This document shows, one piece after another, positions 16,156 through 27,076 of a DNA stretch of 64,000 bases (the stretch's first letter is position 1; the number at the start of each line of letters is the position of its first letter). A program made the position numbers and the translations under genes. Where the stretch lies: positions 106,213 through 170,212 of the forward strand of contig CBEVQO010000004.1 in NCBI GenBank assembly GCA_965552055.1, written 5' to 3'. Source of the stretch: an uncultured bacterium (GTDB taxonomy: Bacteria; Hydrothermota; UBA3073; NMUJ01; CBEVQO01). Below the pieces are notes generated by a model that saw only the letters and a program-made list of their open reading frames with translations, was not told the DNA's origin and searched no databases.

Positions 16156-18408
16156 ATGCGTAAATTTTGTCTTTTGTTGATTTTAGTAAGTTTGGGAGCT
16201 TGGGCTAAGGCACCATCTTCTTTTAAGCCTCGTGTGGTTAAATCTCCTCGTCCGAAGGAAGATTATAAAGTGCACAATATAGGGCAGATATGGACGATGG
16301 AGTCGAATTTCGGTAGCTACGGTCATCCAGGTGCCGGAGACCTCGGTGTACCTTCTTTTGACTGGCCGGGTGGTACATTTAACTATTATCTTTATGAAGG
16401 AGGAATATGGGTAGGTGCGAAGACAGGCGATGATTATTATGTTTCGACTGCTTTTTATGATCATGAGTTACAGCCTTCTGATAAATATCCTGATGGCTGG
16501 GGATTTTGCGGAGGAGGACCTGAAGCCATTTCCATGTATGATATAACTTCTGCTTTTGATGATTTTGATGAAAATGCAAACGCTAACAGAGGATTGGGGT
16601 TATGCTTTGAGCAGAAGGCTCTTGCATGGTCTTTACCTGATTATGATGATTTTATTATCTATTATGTAAAAATCTGGTATGAAAAAGATAAAGCATTAAT
16701 AAGTGCGCCTCCTGATGTTTTGGAGAATGTTTATGTATCGGTATGGATGGATGCTGATGTTTCGAATGCGGATCCAAGCTGGTGTCATATTGATGACCTT
16801 GTTTCGTATGATGGCTGGACAAATGGAGAGTGGGAGGCAAGTGGCTTTTTTGCGCATATACCTCATGTTTCAAAGCCCGGTGCGCCTGTACATTTCCCCT
16901 ATGATTCGTTTACAATAATTGGAGATACTATATTTCCTTTTCCGGATGGTGCACCTGATTATTATACCATTTGGGGTGATGACCCTGATGAATTTTGTCT
17001 TACACGCCCTGATACTGTTTATTTACGAGAGGAGGTTTATAAATACCTTGAGCCTTCCATTAAGGGTTTATGTATAAAAGAAGGTAATATTTATAAACTT
17101 CCTTGTCAATTGATAGAACGAAATATGTCGTATATTTATGATGGAGATAACCCAGCGGACCCTGGTGATGATGAGGGCAATATTAAAGGTGGAGAAGGTA
17201 TTGGTGCGTGTGCTGGATATTTCTGGGGCAGGGTTTTGTATGCTCCTCCTTCGCCCAATGATTCCGTATGGAGTGACGGGGTAGGTGAGTGCAGGAGGGT
17301 AAGACCCAACTCCCATTCCTGGTGGAACTGGGAGAATGACCCAGGTACAGATGAAGAGCAATATAAGTATATGGCGGGCGTACATGAAGCTAATTATGGT
17401 TATAGATTTATGCCCCATCCTTTTGATGTTGGTGCACCGACTTTTGATTACAGATTTTTATTGACCTATGGACCTTATGAGCTGAGATCGTATGTTGATA
17501 CTTTGGTTTTTGTCTTTGCTATTGGTGTAGGTCAAGGTTTAAATGGTGGCGTTGATAGTTATTGGGGTAGAGGTTGGGAGCCTGGTGCTCGTCAGATGTC
17601 TGATTTAGCGTTAAAAGCTTACTATATGGGCAGGAGGGATGCTGATCCTTTGCATCCTGCACCCTATGCTCCTGGTAAGAACTTTGTAATACCTTTACCT
17701 CCTGAAGTGCCTTCTTTGAGGTATACTGTTTGCGGCAATGTTGTGGAATTGATGTGGGATGATAGGGCAGAGAAGGTACCCGACCCCATGGATAACATTC
17801 TGGATTTCGGTGGTTATCGTGTTTACAGGAGTGATTATAAAGTTGGCAACTGGGTATTGCTAGCTGATTTTCCGAAGAAAATATGGGGGGATACGATACC
17901 ACATTCTTATGTTGACACGCCGCCTATAGGTGTTCCGGTGTATTATGCGGTTACTGCGTATGATACAGGCAGGTTGAAAGTGGTTGGTAGTGATACAATA
18001 AGGATAGAGCCTCTTGAAAGTGGCAAGATAAATTACAAGAAGGACGAGGAGGGTAAAGAAATAGCGGTATGGGCTACAGGACCTGAGGATACGACTTTAA
18101 AAATGATAAGGGTGGTTCCCAATCCATATCTTGCTACTGCAAGATGGGAGCGTCAATTTGAAGATAAGATAATGTTTGTAGGTTTGCCTCCTGAGTGCAG
18201 GATTGAGATATTTACTGTGAGTGGTGATCTTGTGAAAGTAATAGAGCATAATAATGGCACTGGTTCTGAGAGCTGGGATTTGGTTTCCCGGGGAGATATA
18301 GAGGTATCGAGTGGTCTTTACATCTATAAGGTTACATGGAAGAGTCCTTCTGGCAAGTTAAAGCATAAGTTTGGCAAATTTGTGATAATAAGGGGTGAGA
18401 CGAGATAG
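16156..18408 (+). CDS. Secreted protein with Fn3-like module and variant T9SS-like CTD
   Basis: Signal peptide; ELMWDD...GYRVYRS...YYAVTAYD; C-terminal VVPNPY...IMFVGLP..CRIEIFTVSGDLV...SGLYIY. Confidence 0.75.
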   Translation: MRKFCLLLILVSLGAWAKAPSSFKPRVVKSPRPKEDYKVHNIGQIWTMESNFGSYGHPGAGDLGVPSFDWPGGTFNYYLYEGGIWVGAKTGDDYYVSTAFYDHELQPSDKYPDGWGFCGGGPEAISMYDITSAFDDFDENANANRGLGLCFEQKALAWSLPDYDDFIIYYVKIWYEKDKALISAPPDVLENVYVSVWMDADVSNADPSWCHIDDLVSYDGWTNGEWEASGFFAHIPHVSKPGAPVHFPYDSFTIIGDTIFPFPDGAPDYYTIWGDDPDEFCLTRPDTVYLREEVYKYLEPSIKGLCIKEGNIYKLPCQLIERNMSYIYDGDNPADPGDDEGNIKGGEGIGACAGYFWGRVLYAPPSPNDSVWSDGVGECRRVRPNSHSWWNWENDPGTDEEQYKYMAGVHEANYGYRFMPHPFDVGAPTFDYRFLLTYGPYELRSYVDTLVFVFAIGVGQGLNGGVDSYWGRGWEPGARQMSDLALKAYYMGRRDADPLHPAPYAPGKNFVIPLPPEVPSLRYTVCGNVVELMWDDRAEKVPDPMDNILDFGGYRVYRSDYKVGNWVLLADFPKKIWGDTIPHSYVDTPPIGVPVYYAVTAYDTGRLKVVGSDTIRIEPLESGKINYKKDEEGKEIAVWATGPEDTTLKMIRVVPNPYLATARWERQFEDKIMFVGLPPECRIEIFTVSGDLVKVIEHNNGTGSESWDLVSRGDIEVSSGLYIYKVTWKSPSGKLKHKFGKFVIIRGETR

Positions 18409-18416
18409 GGGGGCTT

Positions 18417-19412
18417 ATGTGGTTTTTGCTTTTGTTTTTGTTGAGTGCGGAAATAGAGAGGGGTTTGAAGGTTGGCACTGTAGGTGCGAAGTTTCTTGCA
18501 ATACCTGTTGGAGCTAGGGCTGCTGCGTTAAGTGGTGCTTATGTTGCTGTGGGTGATGATGCTTTGAGTTGTTTCTGGAATCCTGCTTTGATAGGTCGTA
18601 CATCTGAGGGTTTGAATATTGAGGGCACATATACGAATTACATGCTTGGGATAAGGCATTTTGGCTTTGCTGCTGTTCAGAATTTGGGTAAAGGCAAGTA
18701 TACTCGGTGCTTTTTTGCTGGTGGATTACACTCAGGGGAAATGGAGATTACGAATTTAGATGAACCTTTTGGTACTGGGGAGAAGTTTTATTATTACGGC
18801 TTTGTGTGTGGAGTTGGTTTTGCGAAGTGGCTTACAGATAGATTTATTTTTGGGATAAATCTGAAAGTAATTGCGGAAGGTTTGAGTTATCGGCTTGGCT
18901 CATGGTATACACCTTTATGTGATATAGGTGTTTATTATGAGACCGAGATTAAGAATCTGGAACTTGGTGCCAGTATAAGGAATTTTGGTCCCGAATTAAG
19001 ACCTGGTGGTAAGTTCGTGGTTGAAGAAGAGGGTGAAGTAATAGTGACCGATGAAGGAGATACTGTGAAGCGTCGTTATCGTGCATATCCTGTGTATATG
19101 GATTTCAGGTTTGGGCTTGCTTACAAGTTTTTTGAAAAGGAAGGATATAATGGGAAAGTGATAACTGAGATAGTGCATCCCAATGATAATAAGGAGAGGC
19201 TAAACATAGGTTTTGAGTTCAATTTTGGTGATATGTTTTTTGTTCGTTTTGGTCATAGACGGATTTTAGAAGGATTTGGTCTTTATGATGATAAAGGGTT
19301 ACTATCTTTTGGCTTTGGTGTTAAAAAGGATGTATTTAGTCTTGGCTATTCGTTTAGTGATAGGGGACTTCTTCCGGATGTTCATAGGTTAGATTTAGGT
19401 TTGAAGTTTTAA
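18417..19412 (+). CDS. PorV/PorQ-family outer-membrane beta-barrel
   Basis: AKFLAIPVGARAAALSGAYVAVGDDALSCFWNPA; C-terminal HRLDLGLKF. Confidence 0.88.
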   Translation: MWFLLLFLLSAEIERGLKVGTVGAKFLAIPVGARAAALSGAYVAVGDDALSCFWNPALIGRTSEGLNIEGTYTNYMLGIRHFGFAAVQNLGKGKYTRCFFAGGLHSGEMEITNLDEPFGTGEKFYYYGFVCGVGFAKWLTDRFIFGINLKVIAEGLSYRLGSWYTPLCDIGVYYETEIKNLELGASIRNFGPELRPGGKFVVEEEGEVIVTDEGDTVKRRYRAYPVYMDFRFGLAYKFFEKEGYNGKVITEIVHPNDNKERLNIGFEFNFGDMFFVRFGHRRILEGFGLYDDKGLLSFGFGVKKDVFSLGYSFSDRGLLPDVHRLDLGLKF

Positions 19413-19424
19413 GAGGAGGGGAGT

Positions 19425-22400
19425 ATGCATGTTCTGATGTTTTTATTGGGGATAGGGTTGGGAGATACGGTTAAGCTTTATGCATATAATTTTGGTTTCT
19501 CAAAATATTATTATCCTATATTAGCGGTGTGCAGATATGTTGACGATGTTAATGGTATTCGCATATTTACGGAAGAACAGACGATTGATAGGAGCAAATT
19601 GCAGTCCATGAAGGTCATAGGGTTTAAGGGGTATGATGATGTGCCTTACTTTGTGTTGTTGCTTCCTGATTCTCCCTATGTGTGGTATTATAGAGGAGAT
19701 GAGCGTTCTCTTTATGTCTATGATCATAAATGGAATTTGTCTCCTACTGCGATGGACTATCATCTTGATGGAAGTAAAGTCTGGGTAATAGTAAGTAACT
19801 GGGGTGTAGGAAAGGGGGTTTACTGGGTAGATAAAATTAGCAGTGGGCTTAACTGGAAGAGAAAAGGAGGTCTTGGTTCTAATAAAATAAGAGCTGTTTG
19901 TATTTCTCCGCGTAAAGAGACTTCTGACTTTCTTGCTTATGCTGTTGCTTATATTGAGAAAACTGTAATTGATTCTTATAAATTGGATACCACTGTTCTT
20001 ATACATCCCGATACTGTAGTAGTTGGTACATTAGAAGTAGCCGAAGTTGATACATATACATTGGTTGACACAGTTTCGTATTATACGCATGTGGAGAGAT
20101 GCGAAATGCTTTATTCGAGCAATTTGCGGAGCTCGTGGAGTTTAGTTGATACTGATACGAGTGTAATTCCAATTTATGACATACATTTTTATTATCTGTG
20201 TGGAGATACTGTTGATAAGAATGTGATATATGCGAGTACGAATAAGGGGATTTATAAGTGGGATGGGAATCTCTATCAATGGATTGATCTTTCTTTCCCC
20301 GAGAGTACTGTTGTTAAGAAGTTAGCTATAAATTCGACTTACGGATTATTTGCTCTTACTGAAGAAGGTGATTTATGGGAATATAAAGGCAGTTGGGAAC
20401 ATGTTCTCAGTGCTGTGCGTGATATTTATTTGGGTAAAAATGAGATTTATGTTGCTACGCCTACAGGGATAAAGAAGTTTGTTGGTGATGGAAATTGGGA
20501 AGTGATAGATGAAGGTCTTTCTGATTGGGGTTATTTAAGGTGTTTAAAAGATTGCTATGGAATTGCTTGTGCGGATGATAAGTTATTTATGTTATCCTAC
20601 GGTGGATTTGGCTATTATGATAGTATCTGGTATGAAGCAAATAAGAACTCGCCTTACTACACCAGTTATATTACAAATTCTGAGGTATGTACAGTTGCTG
20701 CTTATTTCCCGAATGTGAGAGATGTTATTGTTGATTTCTTTAACAGGAGTCTACCTGATGTGAATAATGATGGTTTTGTTGATATTGTTATTATGGATAT
20801 TTCAAGGTATTATACAACTTATAAAGGGAGCGAAAAGGAATTTGATTTGCGTGCATATTTTGATTCGATAAACATGCATAGTGTTTCTGAGATAGATACG
20901 AGTGCTTACAAGACCAATTTTTCGGATATGATTTATGTTGACTGTGTGCCTTTTGATTTATCTTCTTCTGATGATGCGTGGTATGCTTTGTATGAAGGTT
21001 TATACGATATGATGCAATGGGTTGTGGATCGTGATGAAGAGAGGTGGGTGAGGGATGGCTGTAAAGAATGGCTGAAGTTCAAATTGGGAAAGAGAGGTAA
21101 TAGTGTTACGATTTTAAATGGTAATTCATTGATTGAATGGGGTGGTGCTATAATGGATTTTGAAAGTGATTATTCTTTTGCTTTCATTTATTACATTTAT
21201 GAGAAATTGTTAAACAGGAATGATGAATTTGTGAAGGAGCTCGCAGCTGAGCCTCTTAACGGGATAGAGGGTTTGCAGACGGTTTTGTTAAGGTATGGTT
21301 GTGATGAGGCTTTTGCAGATATAATGAAAGATTTTGCGCTTACTGTTTACTTTGACGGTGTAGAAGGATTTATGGATAATAAGTACAATTTAGAAGATAT
21401 TGATTTGAGCGTTGCTCCTGTTCTTGAAAACTGGGATTCTAAGGTTTGTGAAATTGACCTGGAGCCTTTTGCTCCCTATTATATGTATTCCTATCAGGGC
21501 TATGGAGGAGCTTATGGAGCGAATAAGGATAATATGGGGAATCCTCTTGTTTTCAATGGTGAGGATAAAGGCAGTTATTATGTATTTGTTAGCAAAGAAA
21601 GGAGACCCTGGTTGGAGACGCCGCTTGATACAAGTAAGATAATTGAATTTGAGAGATTGTGTCTTAACAAAATGCAGATCGGTTTTGCAGATATTTCTGA
21701 ATTTTTAGAAGATACGCCTTCGTGTTCTGTTTTTACTGTTATTCTATTAAATGTTGATAAAAGTGCTCTCGCGAGGAAAATAGTTATAACATTTGATACC
21801 CTGCCACCTGATTTCTCTTCGCTGATAGTTTATCAGAATGTATATGGGTTGAAGAATCTGGATATATATGTGTTTTCGAGTGAGAGTCTTTATGTTTCTG
21901 ATATAATAGCTGAGAGTGCTGTTGTTGATATTTATAAGGGTGATAGTTTGCTTCAGAGTTTGAAATGTCCATATTTTGGCTATGATGCTTTCTCAGGTTA
22001 TTATATTTATAGTTCGACATATACTTTGCCCGGTGAAGGCACTTATTATTTGATACTTTCTGGGAGGGATGTTGCTTCTGTTCCTTTGCGTCCCGAAACT
22101 GTTCAGGTTTCTGTTGTTTATAAATCGAAAGGAAGAAAGATAACGCTCAATGGGTGTGATGTTGAAGTTTTAAGTAATGGGGATGGTTATCTTCTTATAA
22201 GTTCTATTTTACCTGAAAAATACTCCAAGGTATACGGAGTTAAGTGTTCGGATGTTTCACCGGTTTATATAGTTGGTAAGAAGGGTGAGCCTTTAGGCTG
22301 TCGTATTTTGATGAGTTATCCTGCTTCTGATGTTGGTCTTTATCGTTTGCAGGGTGATAAATGGGTATATGTGAATGGCTATTACGATGAGAGCAAGGGT

Positions 22401-22721
22401 AAGAGTTGTGCTATTATAGATAAGGGAGGCATTTATCAATTTAGGCGTAAAGTAAGTTCTGTGGAGACCTATTTCTACTGTCAGCCTGTTCCTGCGAATG
22501 ACTATCTGTGGGTTTATTACGGAGGATATGGAGGTAGGATGGTAAAGATAAGGCTTTATGATATTAATGGCCGTCTTGTGAGAGAATTAAATCTTATGAA
22601 TCGAGTTAATGGTGAAAAATGCTATCGTCTTGATGTGAGGGATTTGTATTCTGGTTGTTACATTCTGGTTTTTGAAAATGGTTCTTATAAAGTGAGGCGT
22701 AAGATTGTAATTATAAAATAG
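19425..22721 (+). CDS. Large secreted protein: propeller, degenerate M30-like metallopeptidase domain, T9SS-like CTD
   Basis: LPDVNNDG..IVIMDI...MIYVDC...EEWVRDG-like region lacking HExxH; C-terminal PVPA...IRLYDINGRLV...SGCYIL. Confidence 0.65.
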   Translation: MHVLMFLLGIGLGDTVKLYAYNFGFSKYYYPILAVCRYVDDVNGIRIFTEEQTIDRSKLQSMKVIGFKGYDDVPYFVLLLPDSPYVWYYRGDERSLYVYDHKWNLSPTAMDYHLDGSKVWVIVSNWGVGKGVYWVDKISSGLNWKRKGGLGSNKIRAVCISPRKETSDFLAYAVAYIEKTVIDSYKLDTTVLIHPDTVVVGTLEVAEVDTYTLVDTVSYYTHVERCEMLYSSNLRSSWSLVDTDTSVIPIYDIHFYYLCGDTVDKNVIYASTNKGIYKWDGNLYQWIDLSFPESTVVKKLAINSTYGLFALTEEGDLWEYKGSWEHVLSAVRDIYLGKNEIYVATPTGIKKFVGDGNWEVIDEGLSDWGYLRCLKDCYGIACADDKLFMLSYGGFGYYDSIWYEANKNSPYYTSYITNSEVCTVAAYFPNVRDVIVDFFNRSLPDVNNDGFVDIVIMDISRYYTTYKGSEKEFDLRAYFDSINMHSVSEIDTSAYKTNFSDMIYVDCVPFDLSSSDDAWYALYEGLYDMMQWVVDRDEERWVRDGCKEWLKFKLGKRGNSVTILNGNSLIEWGGAIMDFESDYSFAFIYYIYEKLLNRNDEFVKELAAEPLNGIEGLQTVLLRYGCDEAFADIMKDFALTVYFDGVEGFMDNKYNLEDIDLSVAPVLENWDSKVCEIDLEPFAPYYMYSYQGYGGAYGANKDNMGNPLVFNGEDKGSYYVFVSKERRPWLETPLDTSKIIEFERLCLNKMQIGFADISEFLEDTPSCSVFTVILLNVDKSALARKIVITFDTLPPDFSSLIVYQNVYGLKNLDIYVFSSESLYVSDIIAESAVVDIYKGDSLLQSLKCPYFGYDAFSGYYIYSSTYTLPGEGTYYLILSGRDVASVPLRPETVQVSVVYKSKGRKITLNGCDVEVLSNGDGYLLISSILPEKYSKVYGVKCSDVSPVYIVGKKGEPLGCRILMSYPASDVGLYRLQGDKWVYVNGYYDESKGKSCAIIDKGGIYQFRRKVSSVETYFYCQPVPANDYLWVYYGGYGGRMVKIRLYDINGRLVRELNLMNRVNGEKCYRLDVRDLYSGCYILVFENGSYKVRRKIVIIK

Positions 22722-22729
22722 GAGGGGCT

Positions 22730-23755
22730 ATGAGGAATCTTTGGCTTATTTTGGTGATAAGTGTAGTTGTAAGTTGCGGGGTAAAAGAGAGCAAAGAGCC
22801 GCCTCCGTCTTTGACACCGAATCTTGATAGTTTATTGATAAAAGGCTGGGTTTATTACAGTGAAGGCAAGTTTGACACAGCCAAACAAATTTTTGATTCG
22901 GTGCTTATGTTTGATGTTTATAACTTTGATGCGCTGATAGGAGGTGGCTGGTCGAGCATACATCTTGGGGAATATCTTGATGCACATACATATCTTGGTC
23001 TTGCTTTGACAGTGAAAGGCGGGAGTCCGGTTTTTAAATCTCCTGAGGCTTCTTTTGAATATGATACTACTATAAATGAGACAATAAGAGTGGGGGATGA
23101 AATAAAGACAGTGGTTTATAAGATGAAGCCAGCAGGAGGCAACTATATTTTAGCACTTGATGAACTTGAATGCGAGTATAAGAAACCTTATACAATTTAT
23201 CGAGATACCTGTATATTCTACGATACTGTTGTGGTAGGAACTACTGTTGTCGTTGAAATTGATACGCTTTATCGTGATACAGTGGAAGCGGAATCTGTTT
23301 TTAAATATGAAGTGGCTGCAATTTTCAATGATTGTATATGGCTTACATGGAGTAGCGAAAATGATACGAATGTTGTGCCCCGTGCACCTGCTTCTGTTAC
23401 AGTGAGCAGTTATTATATAGTGGGGGAACCTGATTCATTGCAAGCGGAGGCGTTTGCAGGTGAATGTGCTTCTTATGTGTATGAGGGAGAATATTTTGAT
23501 GCTGTTAAAAATGGCAATGCTGTGATTTATATTAATCCTTCATATGTGACTAAATATAAGGATTATGTTACTTTTGACATAAAGTCTGTGCGTCTTCTTC
23601 TTGCGAAAAGTTATATGGAACTTGGTCTTTATAAGAATGTTGAAGAAGAGTTGAAGGCACTGGATTCTTCATGGGAGCCTCCTTCGCCCTCGTCTTCGGA
23701 TTATCTTTATCAGCTTTATAAGAAATTAGGCGAAATGAGTTTAGGTAGCTTATAA
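22730..23755 (+). CDS. Lipoprotein with TPR-like helices
   Basis: Lipobox VVSC; GWVYYSEGKFDTAKQIFDSVL TPR-like segment. Confidence 0.7.
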   Translation: MRNLWLILVISVVVSCGVKESKEPPPSLTPNLDSLLIKGWVYYSEGKFDTAKQIFDSVLMFDVYNFDALIGGGWSSIHLGEYLDAHTYLGLALTVKGGSPVFKSPEASFEYDTTINETIRVGDEIKTVVYKMKPAGGNYILALDELECEYKKPYTIYRDTCIFYDTVVVGTTVVVEIDTLYRDTVEAESVFKYEVAAIFNDCIWLTWSSENDTNVVPRAPASVTVSSYYIVGEPDSLQAEAFAGECASYVYEGEYFDAVKNGNAVIYINPSYVTKYKDYVTFDIKSVRLLLAKSYMELGLYKNVEEELKALDSSWEPPSPSSSDYLYQLYKKLGEMSLGSL

Positions 23756-23764
23756 GGGGGGGTT

Positions 23765-26700
23765 ATGCGTAAGTGTCTGTATCTATTAGTCTCCCTGTTG
23801 CTTGCAGGGAGTGTGTATGGGAGACTGATGCTATTGAGAAGCGATGGCAGGGCGATGCCGCTGAAGTCGGTGAAGGAAGCGGTGCTGTCTCATGGTTACA
23901 CGAAGATGAAGATAGACGATGCTATAAGGGTTGATAAAGCGAAGACCCCGGATGTATTCTCTCAGGTGGAAAAAGGTGCAAAAGGGGTGCAGATGACTCT
24001 GTCTTATCATGGTCCTTCTCGCTACTACTGTCCTTACAGGGCTCCTGGTTCATTGATTCTGGGATGGTTTACGCCTCCTGCTGCTTGTTCCATACTTGCT
24101 GTGCGAGCTGAGTTCTACTCTGATGGTCAATGTAAAGGTTATATATGGAACTCTCCTTTCCCTTATGTTGCAGGAATGGATCAGAGTGCGGCTAATGACT
24201 CGATAGCGAAATATTTCGTTTTTGACCCTGATTCCGGCTATAATCCTAATGGCTGGGTGGAAACGCCTGATGTCCTTGCTGGTCCATTCGTTATAAGTTC
24301 CAGTGGGTACGGCTGGGTGCAGGTAGACCTTGTGCCCATAGATGTTGGTGAAAATTCTTTCTTCTTCGGATACATACTGGAAGAGCCGACATCCGGCAAG
24401 CCCTATCCTTTGAGCGATGATCTCACAAATCAGTATCTGCCTGCGAGGTCTTATCACTACAGAACAGGTAGCTTATATTCGGGTGCTGCTTACTTTGACT
24501 GGTATTTCAATCTTACGGGAGATCCATGGGGCAATTATGCAGGAAACTGGATGCTTGAAGTGGTGGTAAATGTTTATGGTAATCCACCTCCAATGGTCTA
24601 TCACGATCAGTTACCCTACACCTATTATGCGGGTCCTTATAAAGTTCGGGCATTGATTATAGATTACGGTACTACTGATTATCCTGCGGGTGTTGATACG
24701 GTATTTCTCTATTATGCTGACCCCAATGTATTTGACCCACAGGATCCTACAACTTATGACAGTGTTGCTATGACCCTGGTAAGTGGTGCTGCTGATAGTG
24801 GTGTATATGAAGCGGATTTACCTGCGCTCTCTTTATATGAAGAATGGCTTTACTGGATAGAGGCAAGAGATGTTGAGCCCCGTACAGGTACATGGCCTGC
24901 TCCCGGTAGGTGGGCTCCAGCAATAATGGGAAGGCTCTCAAAGACACCGTATTACAGCAGTCTTGTAGTTATTCCGTCAACAGGAGTAACGGATATCTAC
25001 GCTGTTGATGATATAATGACCAATACATTCCATCAGGATTATGATTTCTGGTTCTGTGAGGACTGGCTCTATCCTGATAGCAGTGTGATAAATGCTTATC
25101 AATGTGTGGAGTGGTGGACATGGTCTGATGATTACATTTTACAATCAGAGTCTGCTTTAAGGACATTCCTTGACAACGGTGGTAAATTGTTCCTTACGGG
25201 TCAGGATGTTCTTTATCCTTTTGTTGGAACATACGATACAGTAATGGTTACTTCTGGTAACTTCGTATATGATTATCTAAAACTGGAAAAAGTGACAGAT
25301 GATAATGTTTGTCAGGAAGAACCTCTTACTATAAGCGGTGTAAGTGGAGATGAAATAACGGGTGAATTCGTGGATTCTAACTGGACACTCTATTATGATC
25401 CTATGGATGCATGGGTAAGTGGAGATGTGTGGATGGGTACAGCTGTTCCGATCGAGGGAGCTGGTGTTGATACTATCTTCATGGATGAATATGATAATGC
25501 TGTTGGCTTCAAATATGCTGATGCTTCGGGATACAAATATGTATTAAACTATTTCCAGACTGATGCTTGTGTTGATACTCTGACATTGCATCCTGTGTGG
25601 GGATCTTATTACGGTATTCTTTCATGGGATGCTCAGAAGTTGAGGATGTTTATGGATAATATGATGGGCTGGTTTGGTATTCCTAAAATTGGCATTGACG
25701 GAGCGGCGATTGCCGTCACTGCACCTGAGGTAGCTGGTCTCAGTAGAGGCTATATCGCTCCTGTGAGTGTTACTGTGGGTAACATGGGTTGTGATACTCA
25801 TGCTTATCATGTAGAATTGCATGCAGATATTCCTTTTGCTTATGAATGGATAAGCTCTGATGCAAGTGATACCATAGATACTTCGTACATTCTCACGATT
25901 ATCCAAATGGATACTTCATCGCCTCTTGCTTCTTATATGTCCGAAGATGTACCATTTGCTCCAATTTACTTGTGGGATACTGTAATCTTTAAAGGTTCCG
26001 CAGAAACTGAAACTGTTGTGATACCTCCGTCTAGTCCTGTTACACTGACTGGCATAATAAACAGTGAAGACACTATTGTTACTTATAATAACATTGCTCA
26101 ATTTTCTGTGACGATTGTGCCCTGTACGATCGATGTCCATCCTGTTTCACTTACGGGCTATGCTTACGCTAATCTGTCCTCAGTAATTTCAGTTGATGTT
26201 ACTCAAGATGGTTCGGACGATATTACAAATGTGCCTGTATGCATTTGTACAAGTGGAGGAAAATGGTTTGAAGATACTATTTCTTCTATAGGTTATGGTG
26301 ATATTGTGACTCTTGCATTTGAATTTACGGCAGGCGATACTCTTGATACTATTTTCTTCTATGCTGTTACAAATGCTGCTGGCGAAGAAAATGCGAGCAA
26401 CGATACTAGTGCAATTTACTATCTCGTTCCGGTTGCTTACTACGATGCATTTGTATGCTCTCTGAAAACGCCTGTAACTGTTCATTACGGAGATACAAAC
26501 ACAGCTGAGGTCAAAGTAGGAAATTACAATTCTTATGACAGAGAGTTTAAAGTTGCATTTACAGTTACCCATAAAGGCACAATACTCGTAGCGGCAGATA
26601 CTCAGGATGTTTTAATAGGTCGTCTCGATACTACTACTGTTACCTTCAACTGGGTGTCAAATGTATGGGAAGAAGGTGCAGCATATGACCTAATGGCAAC

Positions 26701-27061
26701 GGTAATCATGGATGGAGATGCGGTGGCTGATAATAATACTGTTACAAAAACTGTCTATCAAATTGCAATCGCAGAAGTCAAACCGCAGTTTGTCCTTTAT
26801 CCGAGCTATCCTAACCCAATGACCAGGAAAGCGGTGATAAAATTCGGTGTGCCCGAGAGAACACATGTGAGCCTCAAGATTTATGACATAACAGGAAGAT
26901 TGGTGAGAACACTCAAAGATGCTACACTGGATGCCGGTTACTACACTGTAACCTGGGATGGTAGAGATAACAAAGGCAGACCTGTTGCTACCGGAGTTTA
27001 CTTCTATCGTCTTGAGGCTGCCGGTAAGATTGCCACGAAGAAGCTCGTTCGCCTTAAGTAA
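23765..27061 (+). CDS. Large secreted/surface protein with CARDB-like repeats and FlgD-Ig/T9SS CTD
   Basis: Signal peptide; C-terminal YPNPMTRKAVIKFGVP...KIYDITGRLVRTL...TWDGRDNKGRPVATGVYFYRL. Confidence 0.8.
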   Translation: MRKCLYLLVSLLLAGSVYGRLMLLRSDGRAMPLKSVKEAVLSHGYTKMKIDDAIRVDKAKTPDVFSQVEKGAKGVQMTLSYHGPSRYYCPYRAPGSLILGWFTPPAACSILAVRAEFYSDGQCKGYIWNSPFPYVAGMDQSAANDSIAKYFVFDPDSGYNPNGWVETPDVLAGPFVISSSGYGWVQVDLVPIDVGENSFFFGYILEEPTSGKPYPLSDDLTNQYLPARSYHYRTGSLYSGAAYFDWYFNLTGDPWGNYAGNWMLEVVVNVYGNPPPMVYHDQLPYTYYAGPYKVRALIIDYGTTDYPAGVDTVFLYYADPNVFDPQDPTTYDSVAMTLVSGAADSGVYEADLPALSLYEEWLYWIEARDVEPRTGTWPAPGRWAPAIMGRLSKTPYYSSLVVIPSTGVTDIYAVDDIMTNTFHQDYDFWFCEDWLYPDSSVINAYQCVEWWTWSDDYILQSESALRTFLDNGGKLFLTGQDVLYPFVGTYDTVMVTSGNFVYDYLKLEKVTDDNVCQEEPLTISGVSGDEITGEFVDSNWTLYYDPMDAWVSGDVWMGTAVPIEGAGVDTIFMDEYDNAVGFKYADASGYKYVLNYFQTDACVDTLTLHPVWGSYYGILSWDAQKLRMFMDNMMGWFGIPKIGIDGAAIAVTAPEVAGLSRGYIAPVSVTVGNMGCDTHAYHVELHADIPFAYEWISSDASDTIDTSYILTIIQMDTSSPLASYMSEDVPFAPIYLWDTVIFKGSAETETVVIPPSSPVTLTGIINSEDTIVTYNNIAQFSVTIVPCTIDVHPVSLTGYAYANLSSVISVDVTQDGSDDITNVPVCICTSGGKWFEDTISSIGYGDIVTLAFEFTAGDTLDTIFFYAVTNAAGEENASNDTSAIYYLVPVAYYDAFVCSLKTPVTVHYGDTNTAEVKVGNYNSYDREFKVAFTVTHKGTILVAADTQDVLIGRLDTTTVTFNWVSNVWEEGAAYDLMATVIMDGDAVADNNTVTKTVYQIAIAEVKPQFVLYPSYPNPMTRKAVIKFGVPERTHVSLKIYDITGRLVRTLKDATLDAGYYTVTWDGRDNKGRPVATGVYFYRLEAAGKIATKKLVRLK

Positions 27062-27076
27062 GCACTGATAGCAGCG

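Noticed and set aside
13327-26572. Numerous minus-strand ORFs within the TBDR locus
   Set aside because: Shadow ORFs produced by T-rich codon bias of the plus-strand genes; no motifs or RBS.
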